Part shown: piece by piece, positions 25,556 to 35,853 of the stretch
Layout of the letters: each line of letters starts with the position of its first letter
Numbering within the stretch: the stretch's first letter is position 1
Source of the DNA: Blepharisma stoltei ATCC 30299
Taxonomy: Eukaryota; Protista; Ciliophora
DNA: 64,000 nt
Assembly (NCBI GenBank): GCA_965603825.1
Contig: CBFDEM010000046.1
Location: 682,001-746,000 of the forward strand
Direction of reading: 5' to 3'
The notes under the pieces: model-generated
What the model saw: only the letters and a program-made list of their open reading frames with translations
Database searches by the model: none
Told to the model about the DNA's origin: nothing
Program-made: the position numbers and the translations under genes

Positions 25556-26458
25556 TTAAAACTTATTTTTCTTAGCAATTACTCCCATCAATTTCTCTAT
25601 CAATTTTTTATTGTACTCGATTTGGGCTATCAAATCATCTCGGTGATCTAATATTTTCATCAATTCACTTGTTTTTTGGTCAATATTTTGTTGTGTTTCT
25701 TTATACATCGCAAATAATTTTTCATGTGTATTTCCTAATAATTCGAATTTACCTATGTTGAAACTAATATCATTAACTTTTACAAATTCTAGCTTCGAGA
25801 AATTCATATCTGTAAATTCAGAGAAATCTGAAAGAGAAGCTGGCTTTCGGGTTTGATTATTTTGATTGTAATTATGTGAAGGTGGATCTATTTTTCTCTG
25901 ATACATTTTGCTATTCCCAAGCCCTATTGATTCATCGAAATCTGCTTTATAGACCTTCGCTTTCGAATTTTCATTGAAAATTCTAAAAAATTCTTTATTT
26001 GTTTGGTTACATTCTGAAACAGGAATTTCAGCAAAAATATTCTCATCATGATATATAAATTCACTAGAATTTTCACTTATCATTCAATTTTTCGCATTTT
26101 TTATTACTTCAAATGCTTCTTTTTGTTCTTTTTGCAGTCTCTTCACGAGCATCTCTAAACTTTGATATAAAGAAACCCTTGATTTTCTTTGTAAATTCAA
26201 CAAATTTTTAATTTTTATTTTTGCAAATAACGTTTGTAAAGATCTTTGTATAATATTTTCCGCTTTTTTTTTCTTTATCCCAGACTTCTATATAAAAAAT
26301 ACTCGATTTTTTTCAAACTCATCCTCATCTATTACAGGATTAAAAACTTTTTCAATTCTGTATGAGCGATTTCTTTTTGTGCTGCTGCCTGAATTGCTAG
26401 AATGAGACGCAGTAGAGTCCTTTGCTTTTTTAGGACTATCGGCACAGTCATAAATCAT
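25556..26458 (-). CDS. Hypothetical protein with C-terminal coiled coil (~295 aa)
   Basis: ATG 26458, 15-nt intron 26288-26302 (GTATTTTTTATATAG), TGA 26084-26086 joins ORF 25556-26083 in frame. Confidence 0.7.
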
Positions 26459-26534
26459 TTTTTATTGAATTAAATTATTTGTCATTTTGCAACTATTTAG
26501 TAAAAAAGCAATAATGAAATTTTTTATATTACAG

Positions 26535-27581
26535 TTATATAAGCAGTTCTTCGTCTGAGTAATTTTCATACAGTTGCAGAACCAAAATTCTTATTTTTTT
26601 CAGCCCGTCTTTGATTTTATGTATATCCTCTGTCACCATAAAAACTGGATTATTTGTCTGTTTTTCTGTATCTTTTCTTAACAATAAATTTTGAGTTACA
26701 TCTTTTCGTGTTTTTATTGACATCAACACAGAATGGAGGTCAAAAATATCTTTTTTAATTTTTTCTATATCAATTGAAAAATAGACAAGCACTTCGTCTG
26801 GCTTCCCACTTAATTTTTCATAGGTCTCCAATCGATTTTTCAGCTCTGCATTTTCGCTTGTAATTAAATTTTGATATTCTTCAAGGAACTGAAACTGTTT
26901 AAGCAGCTGATAGTAATCCTCATTATTTATTGTCGTTTTTTGTTTCTCTAATGAAGGATTGTCCTGAGAATTTTCAGGCATTTTGATTTGTTTTTCTTTT
27001 TTTGCATCTTCACTTGTGATTCTCAGTTTAATGATATCGCTATTTAATTTCAAAATTTCTGATTCCAGGTCTTCAATTTTTTTGAGTTTTTCTGATTTGT
27101 TTTCAAAAGGTATGTCTAAAATATTTATTGACATTGCGGTCGCTTTGATTTCTGCAGCCACTTTTAATTGCAGCAGGCTTTTATTTTCAACCTTGAGCTT
27201 CTCAATTTCTATTTCTTTATCTGCAAGATTTTTCTTTAGTTCAAGGATTTCTAGCTTTAAGTTTTGATTTATTTGGGTGTTTTTCTTGGTATTTTTTCGT
27301 GAATTTTTAGTAATTTTAGGACTTGCAGAAGCATCAGGAAAAGTCGTTATATTTGAAATCTCAGAGTCTAGATTAACGGGGGAGGAATTTGGGGATCTGT
27401 ATTTATTGGACTTTCTATTAGAGATAAGCAAAGGAAAAGAAGTATTTATATAAGAAGATTTCATATCTGTAGAAAATCCTTGACATAAAGTAATAATAGA
27501 GTCTCTTTCTGTTGGTAAAAATAATGTTGTGGGCTTCGCTATGTATTTTGGGCATAAAGGGTTTACTACTTCTCTAGACAT
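26535..27581 (-). CDS. Hypothetical coiled-coil protein
   Basis: 348-aa ORF with heptad-rich segments. Confidence 0.7.
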   Translation of the reverse strand: MSREVVNPLCPKYIAKPTTLFLPTERDSIITLCQGFSTDMKSSYINTSFPLLISNRKSNKYRSPNSSPVNLDSEISNITTFPDASASPKITKNSRKNTKKNTQINQNLKLEILELKKNLADKEIEIEKLKVENKSLLQLKVAAEIKATAMSINILDIPFENKSEKLKKIEDLESEILKLNSDIIKLRITSEDAKKEKQIKMPENSQDNPSLEKQKTTINNEDYYQLLKQFQFLEEYQNLITSENAELKNRLETYEKLSGKPDEVLVYFSIDIEKIKKDIFDLHSVLMSIKTRKDVTQNLLLRKDTEKQTNNPVFMVTEDIHKIKDGLKKIRILVLQLYENYSDEELLI

Positions 27582-27646
27582 TATTATTTACGTTAATATA
27601 ATTTTGTAAAGGGATTCTGAAAAAATTATTATAAAATTCTAAAATT

Positions 27647-28150
27647 TTAGTAGCAAAACTTAGTTATCTTATCATTTTCACAGTTACTCTCAGGATTCCA
27701 TTGAATTTCAAGTTCTCCTGCAACAATTCTTTCTAAATATCTCTCAGTGTCTTTAGCAATTCTTTCCGCCATTTCCTCTTCGTCCTCAACGAATCTTTTA
27801 AAGACTGGGAGTCTTTTAGAATTTTGATCCTGAGACATTTGGAGCATTATAAACCTGCTATAGCATCTAGGAAGTTCTTCCAAAGTCCTTATTTCATGCA
27901 GAAATAAGCACCTATGCCCATAAGTGCAAAATCCTTTAGTGTGAAATGGGTTGCATTTTTTAGACTTGTACTTGTCATTAGCTGGGACTTTGTCCATAAG
28001 CTCGCGTTTGCCATGTGCAAAATTGCATCTGTCTCCATAGTGGCAAAATCCTAACTCAACCCAATTTCTGCAGGATTCTGTCTTGTATTTTGTCCCATCG
28101 ATAGGTTTCTTGACTCTAGGTTTTAGGAGGTTTGTAATGTCTTTAAGCAT
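27647..28150 (-). CDS. Tandem CCCH zinc-finger protein (TIS11/ZFP36-like)
   Basis: KYKTESCRNWVELGFCHYGDRCNFAHG and KYKSKKCNPFHTKGFCTYGHRCLFLH; KRLPVF motif resembling the NOT1-binding RLPIF tail. Confidence 0.9.
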   Translation of the reverse strand: MLKDITNLLKPRVKKPIDGTKYKTESCRNWVELGFCHYGDRCNFAHGKRELMDKVPANDKYKSKKCNPFHTKGFCTYGHRCLFLHEIRTLEELPRCYSRFIMLQMSQDQNSKRLPVFKRFVEDEEEMAERIAKDTERYLERIVAGELEIQWNPESNCENDKITKFCY

Positions 28151-28477
28151 ATTATAATTATATGATATCTTCCCATATGCAGCTTTATCTTTGCATGTAT
28201 CTTTTAAGTGAAGTAAAAAATGGACTTTATATATAGGCTTGAAAGGGTTTGCAATAAATAGGAAGGGATTTATAAGCCCCGGGCTAATTTATTAAGATCT
28301 ATTTGTAGTAGTTTCTCTTATATATATTTTTAGAGGATTTTCTCTCAAAAGTTATCCATTTTCAAGTAAAAATTTAGCTAGAGTTAGCGAGCTAAATGCT
28401 AGCAATTTTAGCTGAATAAATAATTAGAAACTTAATACTTTTGGATTTTAATATTAAATTTTATAAAAATTAGTGGT

Positions 28478-28758
28478 ATGAATTCAGCTTTTCGAAGACT
28501 TGGGTTCATGGCATCTCGCAATATAAGCTCTAATCAATTTAGAGTTTGCTCCAGCATGAAACAAATAATTTACAGGTCTATTCATCAGCAGTAAGAAAAA
28601 AATCAGCAATCTTCATAAAGCGGATTTGATTAAGGTTCATTGCAATCCTTTATACAACTTATCTTGGTCTCAGTATTTAACACTGTCTAGTGAAGAAGAT
28701 CTAGAACTCGAGAAAAACGGTATAAATCTATATAGAAATAGAAGACGAAGGAATGTAA
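28478..28758 (+). CDS. Putative 82-aa mitochondrial-targeted microprotein (not in ORF track)
   Basis: Two 16-nt GT-AG introns (28591-28606, 28720-28735) give MNSAFRRLGFMASRNISS...EEDLELEKNEIEDEGM*. Confidence 0.6.
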
Positions 28759-28940
28759 TTTCTTTGTAGGACATGTATACAGAGTTCTCTCTCACCGCGA
28801 ATAAGAAATAGAAGACTTTAATATTCTAATACAAAGCATTTGAATAATATTTTGCTGCTTTCTTCGCCCTTAGGCAAAATAAGAAATAATCGCTGATTTA
28901 ATTGAGCTAATGGATTATTAATAAAATTAAAGGCCAAATA

Positions 28941-29075
28941 ATGTTTTTCCTACAGCCTCAGTCAGAAAAAAGCAAGCAGTCAACCCAAAGCTGGTATAAG
29001 TTCTTAAAGTATTCTGCAATCGCTATAGCTGCAACTGGAGTGATGCGTTTGATTTCAAGAAAGCAAAAATTTTAA
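28941..29075 (+). CDS. Putative 44-aa tail-anchored microprotein
   Basis: MFFLQPQSEKSKQSTQSWYKFLKYSAIAIAATGVMRLISRKQKF*; ATG in A-rich context; stop 15 nt from the convergent neighbour's stop. Confidence 0.45.
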   Translation: MFFLQPQSEKSKQSTQSWYKFLKYSAIAIAATGVMRLISRKQKF

Positions 29076-29090
29076 TTTCTAAATAAAAAT

Positions 29091-30435
29091 TTATTCCAAA
29101 TTATTGTGGATTATACACATAAAAACTCCTTCATTTTTTTGTTCTTCATATTGTACTAAATTATTACTCGAGTTTTCTATCACATTTGATGAATTAATTG
29201 CTTCATCTACCCCTAAATGCCCATTTTTTATAAATAGCATAGGATTTGGGTATCTTTTTAGTCTTTCTACACATGACTCATCAGCATTATCGTCTCTTGT
29301 TAAATGCGCAACTTCGCTTGGCCTTGGAGTGATTTTGCTTTTCTTTCGCCTATTAAAGCAGCTAAAACAATTTGCTGGCTGCTTGGCTTCTAACTGTAAA
29401 ACTGTTCTATTTACTTGGACAACTATACTTTGGTTGATATTTATATTTAAAATCCCTTTCATTCTCAATAAAGTCCCAAATTTACTGTTTTGGTCTTCTA
29501 GGTAAAACTGGTCATTTATAAGCTTGATTTTAGAATGATTGCGGCTGACTGAAATATCAGTAAGTTTTACATCACATTCATGGCCTCTGCCAATTTCTGC
29601 ATAATTTTCAGGTTCTAACGTAATTATGTGGACTCCATTGCTATGTCTTAGGTCTGAGCGAAAATCTTCCAGAATAATAAAAGGCTTTGTAGGGTGTGTG
29701 AAGCCTATTAATTCATATTGCTGGCCACCAATCTGGATTATTGAGGGTAGCTTGGTCTTGCATAGCTCACATGAAAAGTCTTTTCAGTAGTATGAAATTG
29801 CTTTTGGGGTTTCTCTAGCTGTGATCCTATTTTTTAGTCATTCTTTTAAACAGTTTATATGGACGTATTTCATTGTTCCTGCACATTTGCAAGGAGCTAT
29901 CAATGGGTCGAGTGGAGATGTAATTTCGCTTAGACAAATTCGGCATGGCATGGACTCTTCATTTTTTTCTTCCTGCATTTCATTAGTTTCTGGGTCTTCA
30001 GAGTTTGGAATCAATGATAATTTAGCTTCTTCAGAATTTGCGAGTTGGATTTGTTTTATATGTAATCGAATCCTGCCAAGTTTAATTCAGTCACCTTTTT
30101 TTAAAGGGTGGCCTTTAATCCCTTGATTTTTCACAAATTTTATAACTTGTCACATTTTTTCGTAAGGGCTGTTTGCAAGTAAAGATATTTGAAATGACCC
30201 ATTAGTTTTTTTGACATCTATCAATGCTTCTGATCCTTCTGGGAATTCGTCTGAGCCTGCCATGCTCCAAATGTAGCAAGATTGTATAGACCTGTAGAGC
30301 GAGGTAGAAGTGCTAATTTTTAAATTGGATTTTACTACGGTCTTTGATTCATAGTCAAATAAGCCATGAGTTTCTCTAAGCCAAGTGCTTGCTTTTATTC
30401 TAACTGTATAAATCTTACAACAACACTGGATCCAT
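29091..30435 (-). CDS. RING-CH (RINGv) plus FHA domain protein (~441 aa)
   Basis: TWLRETHGLFDYE; CRIC...PCKCAGTMKYVHINCLKE-W(TGA 29838-29840)...CELCK; FHA IGRGHECDVKLTDISVSRNH...NSKFGT. ATG 30435 needs a 19-nt intron 30400-30418. Confidence 0.85.
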
Positions 30436-30828
30436 AATTATATTTGAATCTTCATATACAAAAATACCAATTTAATTCTATGCAAGGCAATGAATATCAT
30501 TTTCTAGACAAACTTAAAAATACTGACTCTAAAACTGCCTTACATTTTTTGATAAAAATGGGGTTATTTCAAGATTTATTGAGTATTTCAATAATTTTTT
30601 TAACTTAAAAGAAGCAGGTCAGAACTAAAAGTAAACAGTCTAAATCTCAAAAGAAAAAATTGAATTTAATGAAGAAATATCAAAAGAAGAAATAATCATG
30701 CTAAATCCGGATCTTATTTATATTTGTTTACGGTTTATTGCCGATCAGCTTTATTTTTTGATAAAAAATAGCAAGATGGAATAAACCACATTTCTAAAGT
30801 GAAAAGTTTGAATTTAATCATTAAAATT

Positions 30829-31683
30829 ATGTCCAGGGTATTTATAAGCCAAAATGACGAAAATACAATAGAGATTTTAGCCTGCAAGCATAAAAGTATT
30901 AAAATTGATGAAATATTTTTGGAAAAGGACAGAATCACAAATAATGAACCAGATTTAGAAATAATCGAAATCCGCCCTTCTGTCAAAACACAAGAAGAAA
31001 ATAAATTTTATGAAAAAAATAAAGAAATAAGCTTGGATTCTTTAAAGGAAGTAGAAAATATATGAAATGATGAAAGACATGAAGAAATCTGAGAAAATTC
31101 AACACTTTTATATAAAGACATCAAATGTTTGCAGCCTGGAGGGTTTATAAATGATGAAATCGTCAATTCATATTTAAAACTATTACCTCTACCTAAAAAT
31201 GTTCATATATTTAACAGCTTTTTCTATGAATTTATCTCAGAAATGCTCTCTTCTTGCAACTGGAACATAAAAAAGCTCACAAGGATTCTTAGAAAGCAAG
31301 GGATTAGCAACATTTTTTCTAAAAAATATTTAATTTTCCCCATAAATCTCAATAAATCCCACTGAGTTGCAGCTCAGATAAATAACAAAGAAAAGTGTAT
31401 AGAATATTATGATAGTTTTGGAGAAAATAGCTTTGAGAGAGTCTGTGAAACAATTAACGAGTCCGTTATTAGGCTTGGATGCGAAGAAATAGATTATTAT
31501 GAATATAAAGCAATGAAAGTGCCTCGACAAAGCACATGCTGAGATTGCGGAATTTTTATGATGCAGACGATAAGATGTTTAATAGAAAATAGAGAATTTG
31601 ACTTTGAACAAGAAAAAATTGATTTTATAAGGAAAATTACTGTTCTTGAGCTTAAAAATCAAACTCTTTATAGGCTGAATTAA
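30829..31683 (+). CDS. Ulp1/SENP-family (C48) SUMO/NEDD8-type protease (~284 aa)
   Basis: FINDEIVNSY, FNSFFY, catalytic H-W(TGA 31363-31365), YYDS, PRQSTCWDCGIF; four TGA=Trp. Confidence 0.88.
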
Positions 31684-31888
31684 CTGTAAATTTTGATAAT
31701 AAAGTAACAAATTATAAGTAATAAAGATGCCATAAATTAATATAAATTGCTTACCTTAGATTATGAGTATTAACTGCTTGATCTTAGGCTTATTTATATG
31801 AATTTTATGTTTTTTAGTATTAATATTTATAACTATTGGCTATATGAATTCCAATATATTAGATATTAATATTTATTTAAAAAAATTT

Positions 31889-32611
31889 TTAAAGTTCTCT
31901 ACATCCTATTTCTAATTTGTTTTTAGACAGACAACAAGTCCAATACCGTCCTTGTATACTCCATTTGCCTGGGTGGTAATTTTCTTTCCTTAATTCAAGC
32001 TCTTGCAGTAAGCTTTCTTCTTCTTTTTCGTATTTTTCTTTTTCAGCTAGCTCTTTATCGAGCTTGTCAATTTCTTCTCTTATTTTCATAGTTCTTTCTT
32101 TTATTACTTGAGATTTACTTTCATACAAAAATCCTTGAAAAGCTTGTAAAATTTCTTCTTCTCCAAGGGTATCCAATAGTTTATTAAAATTGCACACTTT
32201 TTTACAGAGTTCTGAACAAACCAATGGAGATAGGCAGTATCTTTCTATCTTAAGAAGCTTTTTTTTGCAGATTGGGCTTGAGCATATAAACATCTCATAG
32301 TCGCATGATTTTTGATGCTCCAACACATCATGGATTTGCCCTTCTAGAGTGCATCCATTATTGAAATTTATGCATTTCATTGTGAGCTTTTTATAATATT
32401 GCAGCGCATATTTAGATGTAGCTCTTGGCTTTATCTGATTATTGCATTGTGGGCAGGTTTCTATTTTTGCTACACACTCTGAGCAAGCTAAATTTTCACA
32501 GTTAGAGCATTCTAAAGGATCAATCACTATATGGTCACAAACGATACAAAAGAAATACTCATCAACTTTGCAAGTAAAGCGGTCTAAAGTTATCGTTGAT
32601 TTTTCACTCAT
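31889..32611 (-). CDS. RING + TRAF/SINA-type zinc finger + coiled coil + Btk-type zinc motif protein (~240 aa)
   Basis: CIVC...CSNCENLACSEC...CPQC; CINFNNGC...HQKSC; terminal YHPGKWSIQGRYWTCCLSKNKLEIGC. Confidence 0.8.
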   Translation of the reverse strand: MSEKSTITLDRFTCKVDEYFFCIVCDHIVIDPLECSNCENLACSECVAKIETCPQCNNQIKPRATSKYALQYYKKLTMKCINFNNGCTLEGQIHDVLEHQKSCDYEMFICSSPICKKKLLKIERYCLSPLVCSELCKKVCNFNKLLDTLGEEEILQAFQGFLYESKSQVIKERTMKIREEIDKLDKELAEKEKYEKEEESLLQELELRKENYHPGKWSIQGRYWTCCLSKNKLEIGCREL

Positions 32612-32934
32612 TTTAATTTTAAATAATAAGTTGTTAAAATAAGAAAGTGGTGCATACTTGTAAGTCAAAAGTATCTGATAATCAGCTAAATTAAATTCAA
32701 TCGTAAAAATAGGTTTTTACAATCAATATTTATGATAAAATTTAATTTATTTAATTTTTTTATAATTCAGGTTCTAATAAAAACTCGTAAAAACATTATC
32801 AGGAGAAATTTTTCAATGTTTATTTGATTTAAAAGACTTAATAATTGAAAATATATGTTCTGAATATTATTATAATAAGTATTATAGATTAAATTACTCA
32901 TATATAATGCTAATTTTAAAGTAAATTTTAATTA

Positions 32935-33540
32935 TTATTTTAATTCTTTTTTTGCAATCATTAATCTTCTTACTAACTTGCTTTGAACTTTTCTTCGAAT
33001 CGCCATTGGAACATTCCCATTTGGGTCATACTGATTTACATATGTAACTTTGGTTCTGTTATTTTCTAAAGGCTCAATAATATATCCACAAACATTCACT
33101 ACAGCCCTAATATGATCTTTTGCCACTGGAATATTATCAATATTAACGCTTTTTTCAATAATATACGTTAGCCCATTTTCATTGAAAGTTGTGACAACAG
33201 TAAGGATTTCCCTGTTATCAATTGGCCACCTCATTTTAAGGACTTGTTTGATAAGTCTGATGTTTCCTGATTCTTGTAAGGTTTCTATGGTCTTTAATCT
33301 TGGGCTTCATTTTTTTGTATTTTGTGTATTCATAAAAAAATTTACAATAGCTTGTGCTGGGGCGTTAAATTCCCCCTCAGATTTCGCTAGTGGCTTATTA
33401 TCATTGGTTGTATTTGTGGTGATTGTGATTCCATCTTTTGTTTTTTCTGTAATCCACCCAGCTTTGCTGACTGTTTGTTTGACTTCTTCTAAAGCTCTTG
33501 GTAAAGTTTGTTGTGCTATTGTTACCCAATTGCTTTCCAT
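32935..33540 (-). CDS. START-domain lipid-binding protein (~201 aa)
   Basis: Two ORFs joined at KK-W(TGA 33307-33309); WPIDNRE, HIRA...GYIIEP...TKVTYVNQYDPNGNVP. Confidence 0.85.
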
Positions 33541-33924
33541 ATTATTAAAAACACTATCGGTATCTTTTTTTGTCCATATTTTATGTAAATAAATAAATTC
33601 TGATGAGAATCTATTAGATGCCGTATATGATTTGCATCAGATTATTTATAAATGCATTTTAAATTATTAGTACGTAGAAAATCTATACTAGCCCTGCCGA
33701 TACTTGTTATATATGAATTATATTTGAATTGTAACAATCTTAAGCTTGTAATTTTCATTGGATATAAATTCATATTTTACTTATTTTCTATATCAAAATT
33801 ATCCTTATATTTGTCTTATCTATAATTATTAACATCCCTTTACTGACAAAAAAAAATTTATTCACTCAAAATCATCCTCTACACTAATACTTTTTCCGCT
33901 AAAACAAAATTAATCAGAATTTTC

Positions 33925-35766
33925 TTATTTTTTATTTAAATTTTTCCTTGTTTTTTCAGCAGTCTCTTTTAATACTTGTCTTGCAGCCACAAGGTGTCTT
34001 TTTTCTTCAAGTTTCAGCTGCCTTTGTATCTTAGTTCTCTCAATTTCAGGTATCAAGAAGCTTGATACTAAATCTTTAACTATCATTTCAGGCCTATTCA
34101 GTCTATCTTCCAAAGTATCCACAATTCTATTTAACTGGAACGCCCTCAGTTCTGCTTCTTCATAAGCCTGGGTGACTGAAGCCCCTTCAACAGCCTGTCC
34201 CATAATATTTTGCAAATAGCTATCCACAGTCCCCTGGTGGGTCTGCATAATTTCTCTAAACAGCGCGTCTTCTCTAGCCCTTAAGATTTCTTCAGCTTGC
34301 CTTCTGCCAGCTTCTTCGCATTCTTTTTTCCTTCTTTCTCTTTCTGCATGCTTCACAATTGCAGTGATTTTTCTTTCCTGTTTCAGTCTGACTAATTCCT
34401 TGCTTAAATTGTCCATGGTTTCTGATATAAATTCGCCTTGTAAAGCTTCAATGGTCCCATCTAGCAATCTTTCTTTATAAGCGTTCAAAATAGCACGCTC
34501 CTGGTCTTCTTCAGTGAGTTCTTCCATTTCTCCAGTCCTTCTTAATTCTCCTATTAAGTCCAGTCTTTTTTCTTTGCCTTCAAACATAGCGTTTTGTATG
34601 GCTCTGCCTCTGAGGAGTCTTTGTAAAAGGACAACAGCGATATATCGGCGCTCTTCTGCGTCACTTTCAGTAGCTTCAAGTCTTGGAGTTTCTGGGCGAT
34701 ATCTTAGTTCTTGGACTGAGTGGCGGCCTGGACCTTTGCTGTCTTCAATTTCACTAGGAGCTTTGTAGAGCTCGTCAATAGCTTGTTGGGCCCTGCTTAA
34801 TGCATTTCTGCGTTGGATATCTTTTCTAGTATAACTTTTTTCAATTTTATTTTTTTCTTTGACTACGTTTACAACTGTTTCAGTAATTCTGGCTGGTAAA
34901 GATTCACTTAATTCTCTTAGCCCGACATAGGTAGTTAAGACTTCAGGCTGGACTTCATATTTGTTGGCGAGCTTGTCTAAATTTAGACCTTCTCTAGTAA
35001 TTCCTGCATATACTCTGCTGCCATAGTCTGCGTATTCTTCAATAATGTCTCTTTTCACTGTCATTTGGTCAGCAACTTTCCTTTGCTTGAACATTTTTCT
35101 TAAGACTTTTATTCTTTTTCTCCCAATTTTGACTAAAGCTCGATCTTTTTGTTCAGTTTTTTTTAATTTTAATTCCTCGACCCTTTGGGCACTTCTTTCT
35201 TCATTTTCTTTTTCTCTGTCAAGTAAAGCTGTGTGTAATAAATTTAGTCTTTCATTTTGAATTCTTTTTATGTCACTTTCTCTTTTGGCCCACTCTTTGA
35301 ACTCTTGCTCATCCATAAGCTTTCTTCTAAGCGCGAAGCAAGCTTCATCTGTGGAAGCTGGAAGCATTAACTCGAACCTTTTTTTCTCCCTAGCTTGCTC
35401 TATCAGCTCCATTTCAGCCATGGAGGCTGGCAGACCATTTCCATATGTGAAATATTTGAAGCCAAGAATTTCTGGGTCATCGCCAGGTTTGACAGTGTAT
35501 TCTGGAGAGTATGGGTCAGTTTGGGCTTCAGATTCCCTGAAAACTGTTTGAATTCCAACTGTTTTGGTAAGTTCTATAGGCTGCTCGCTTTCAATCGACT
35601 CCTGCATTTTCCTCTCTTCAGGGATCTGCATAACAACTTCAGGAACTTGTGGGAGAAGCAGCGAAACCATAGGTCTCCTAAAGTAAATAAACCTATCCCT
35701 TCCAGTAACCATCATCTCTAATGCTTGTCTGGGATATTCATCACGAAGGACATACGTTACGCTCAT
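33925..35766 (-). CDS. CFAP91: Cilia- and flagella-associated protein 91 (MAATS1 family)
   Basis: TVGIQTVFRESEAQTDPYSPEY, GNGLPASMAEMELIEQAREK, LLQRLLRGRAIQNAMFEGKEKRLDLIGELR. Confidence 0.88.
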   Translation of the reverse strand: MSVTYVLRDEYPRQALEMMVTGRDRFIYFRRPMVSLLLPQVPEVVMQIPEERKMQESIESEQPIELTKTVGIQTVFRESEAQTDPYSPEYTVKPGDDPEILGFKYFTYGNGLPASMAEMELIEQAREKKRFELMLPASTDEACFALRRKLMDEQEFKEWAKRESDIKRIQNERLNLLHTALLDREKENEERSAQRVEELKLKKTEQKDRALVKIGRKRIKVLRKMFKQRKVADQMTVKRDIIEEYADYGSRVYAGITREGLNLDKLANKYEVQPEVLTTYVGLRELSESLPARITETVVNVVKEKNKIEKSYTRKDIQRRNALSRAQQAIDELYKAPSEIEDSKGPGRHSVQELRYRPETPRLEATESDAEERRYIAVVLLQRLLRGRAIQNAMFEGKEKRLDLIGELRRTGEMEELTEEDQERAILNAYKERLLDGTIEALQGEFISETMDNLSKELVRLKQERKITAIVKHAERERRKKECEEAGRRQAEEILRAREDALFREIMQTHQGTVDSYLQNIMGQAVEGASVTQAYEEAELRAFQLNRIVDTLEDRLNRPEMIVKDLVSSFLIPEIERTKIQRQLKLEEKRHLVAARQVLKETAEKTRKNLNKK

Positions 35767-35853
35767 TTTATTATAAAGATGCCATGAAAACGCAAGCGCA
35801 ACTTTAAAAATAAAACGAAAATATTTAAAAATTATGAATTTATATAAAAATAA

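Noticed and set aside
28848-28881. TATTTTGC...GCAAAATA hairpin as H/ACA snoRNA or terminator
   Set aside because: Single AT-rich stem with no convincing second hairpin or boxes.
30558-30770. Possible upstream exon or small ORF before the Ulp1 gene
   Set aside because: Several TAA/TAG and no consensus tiny intron linking it in frame.
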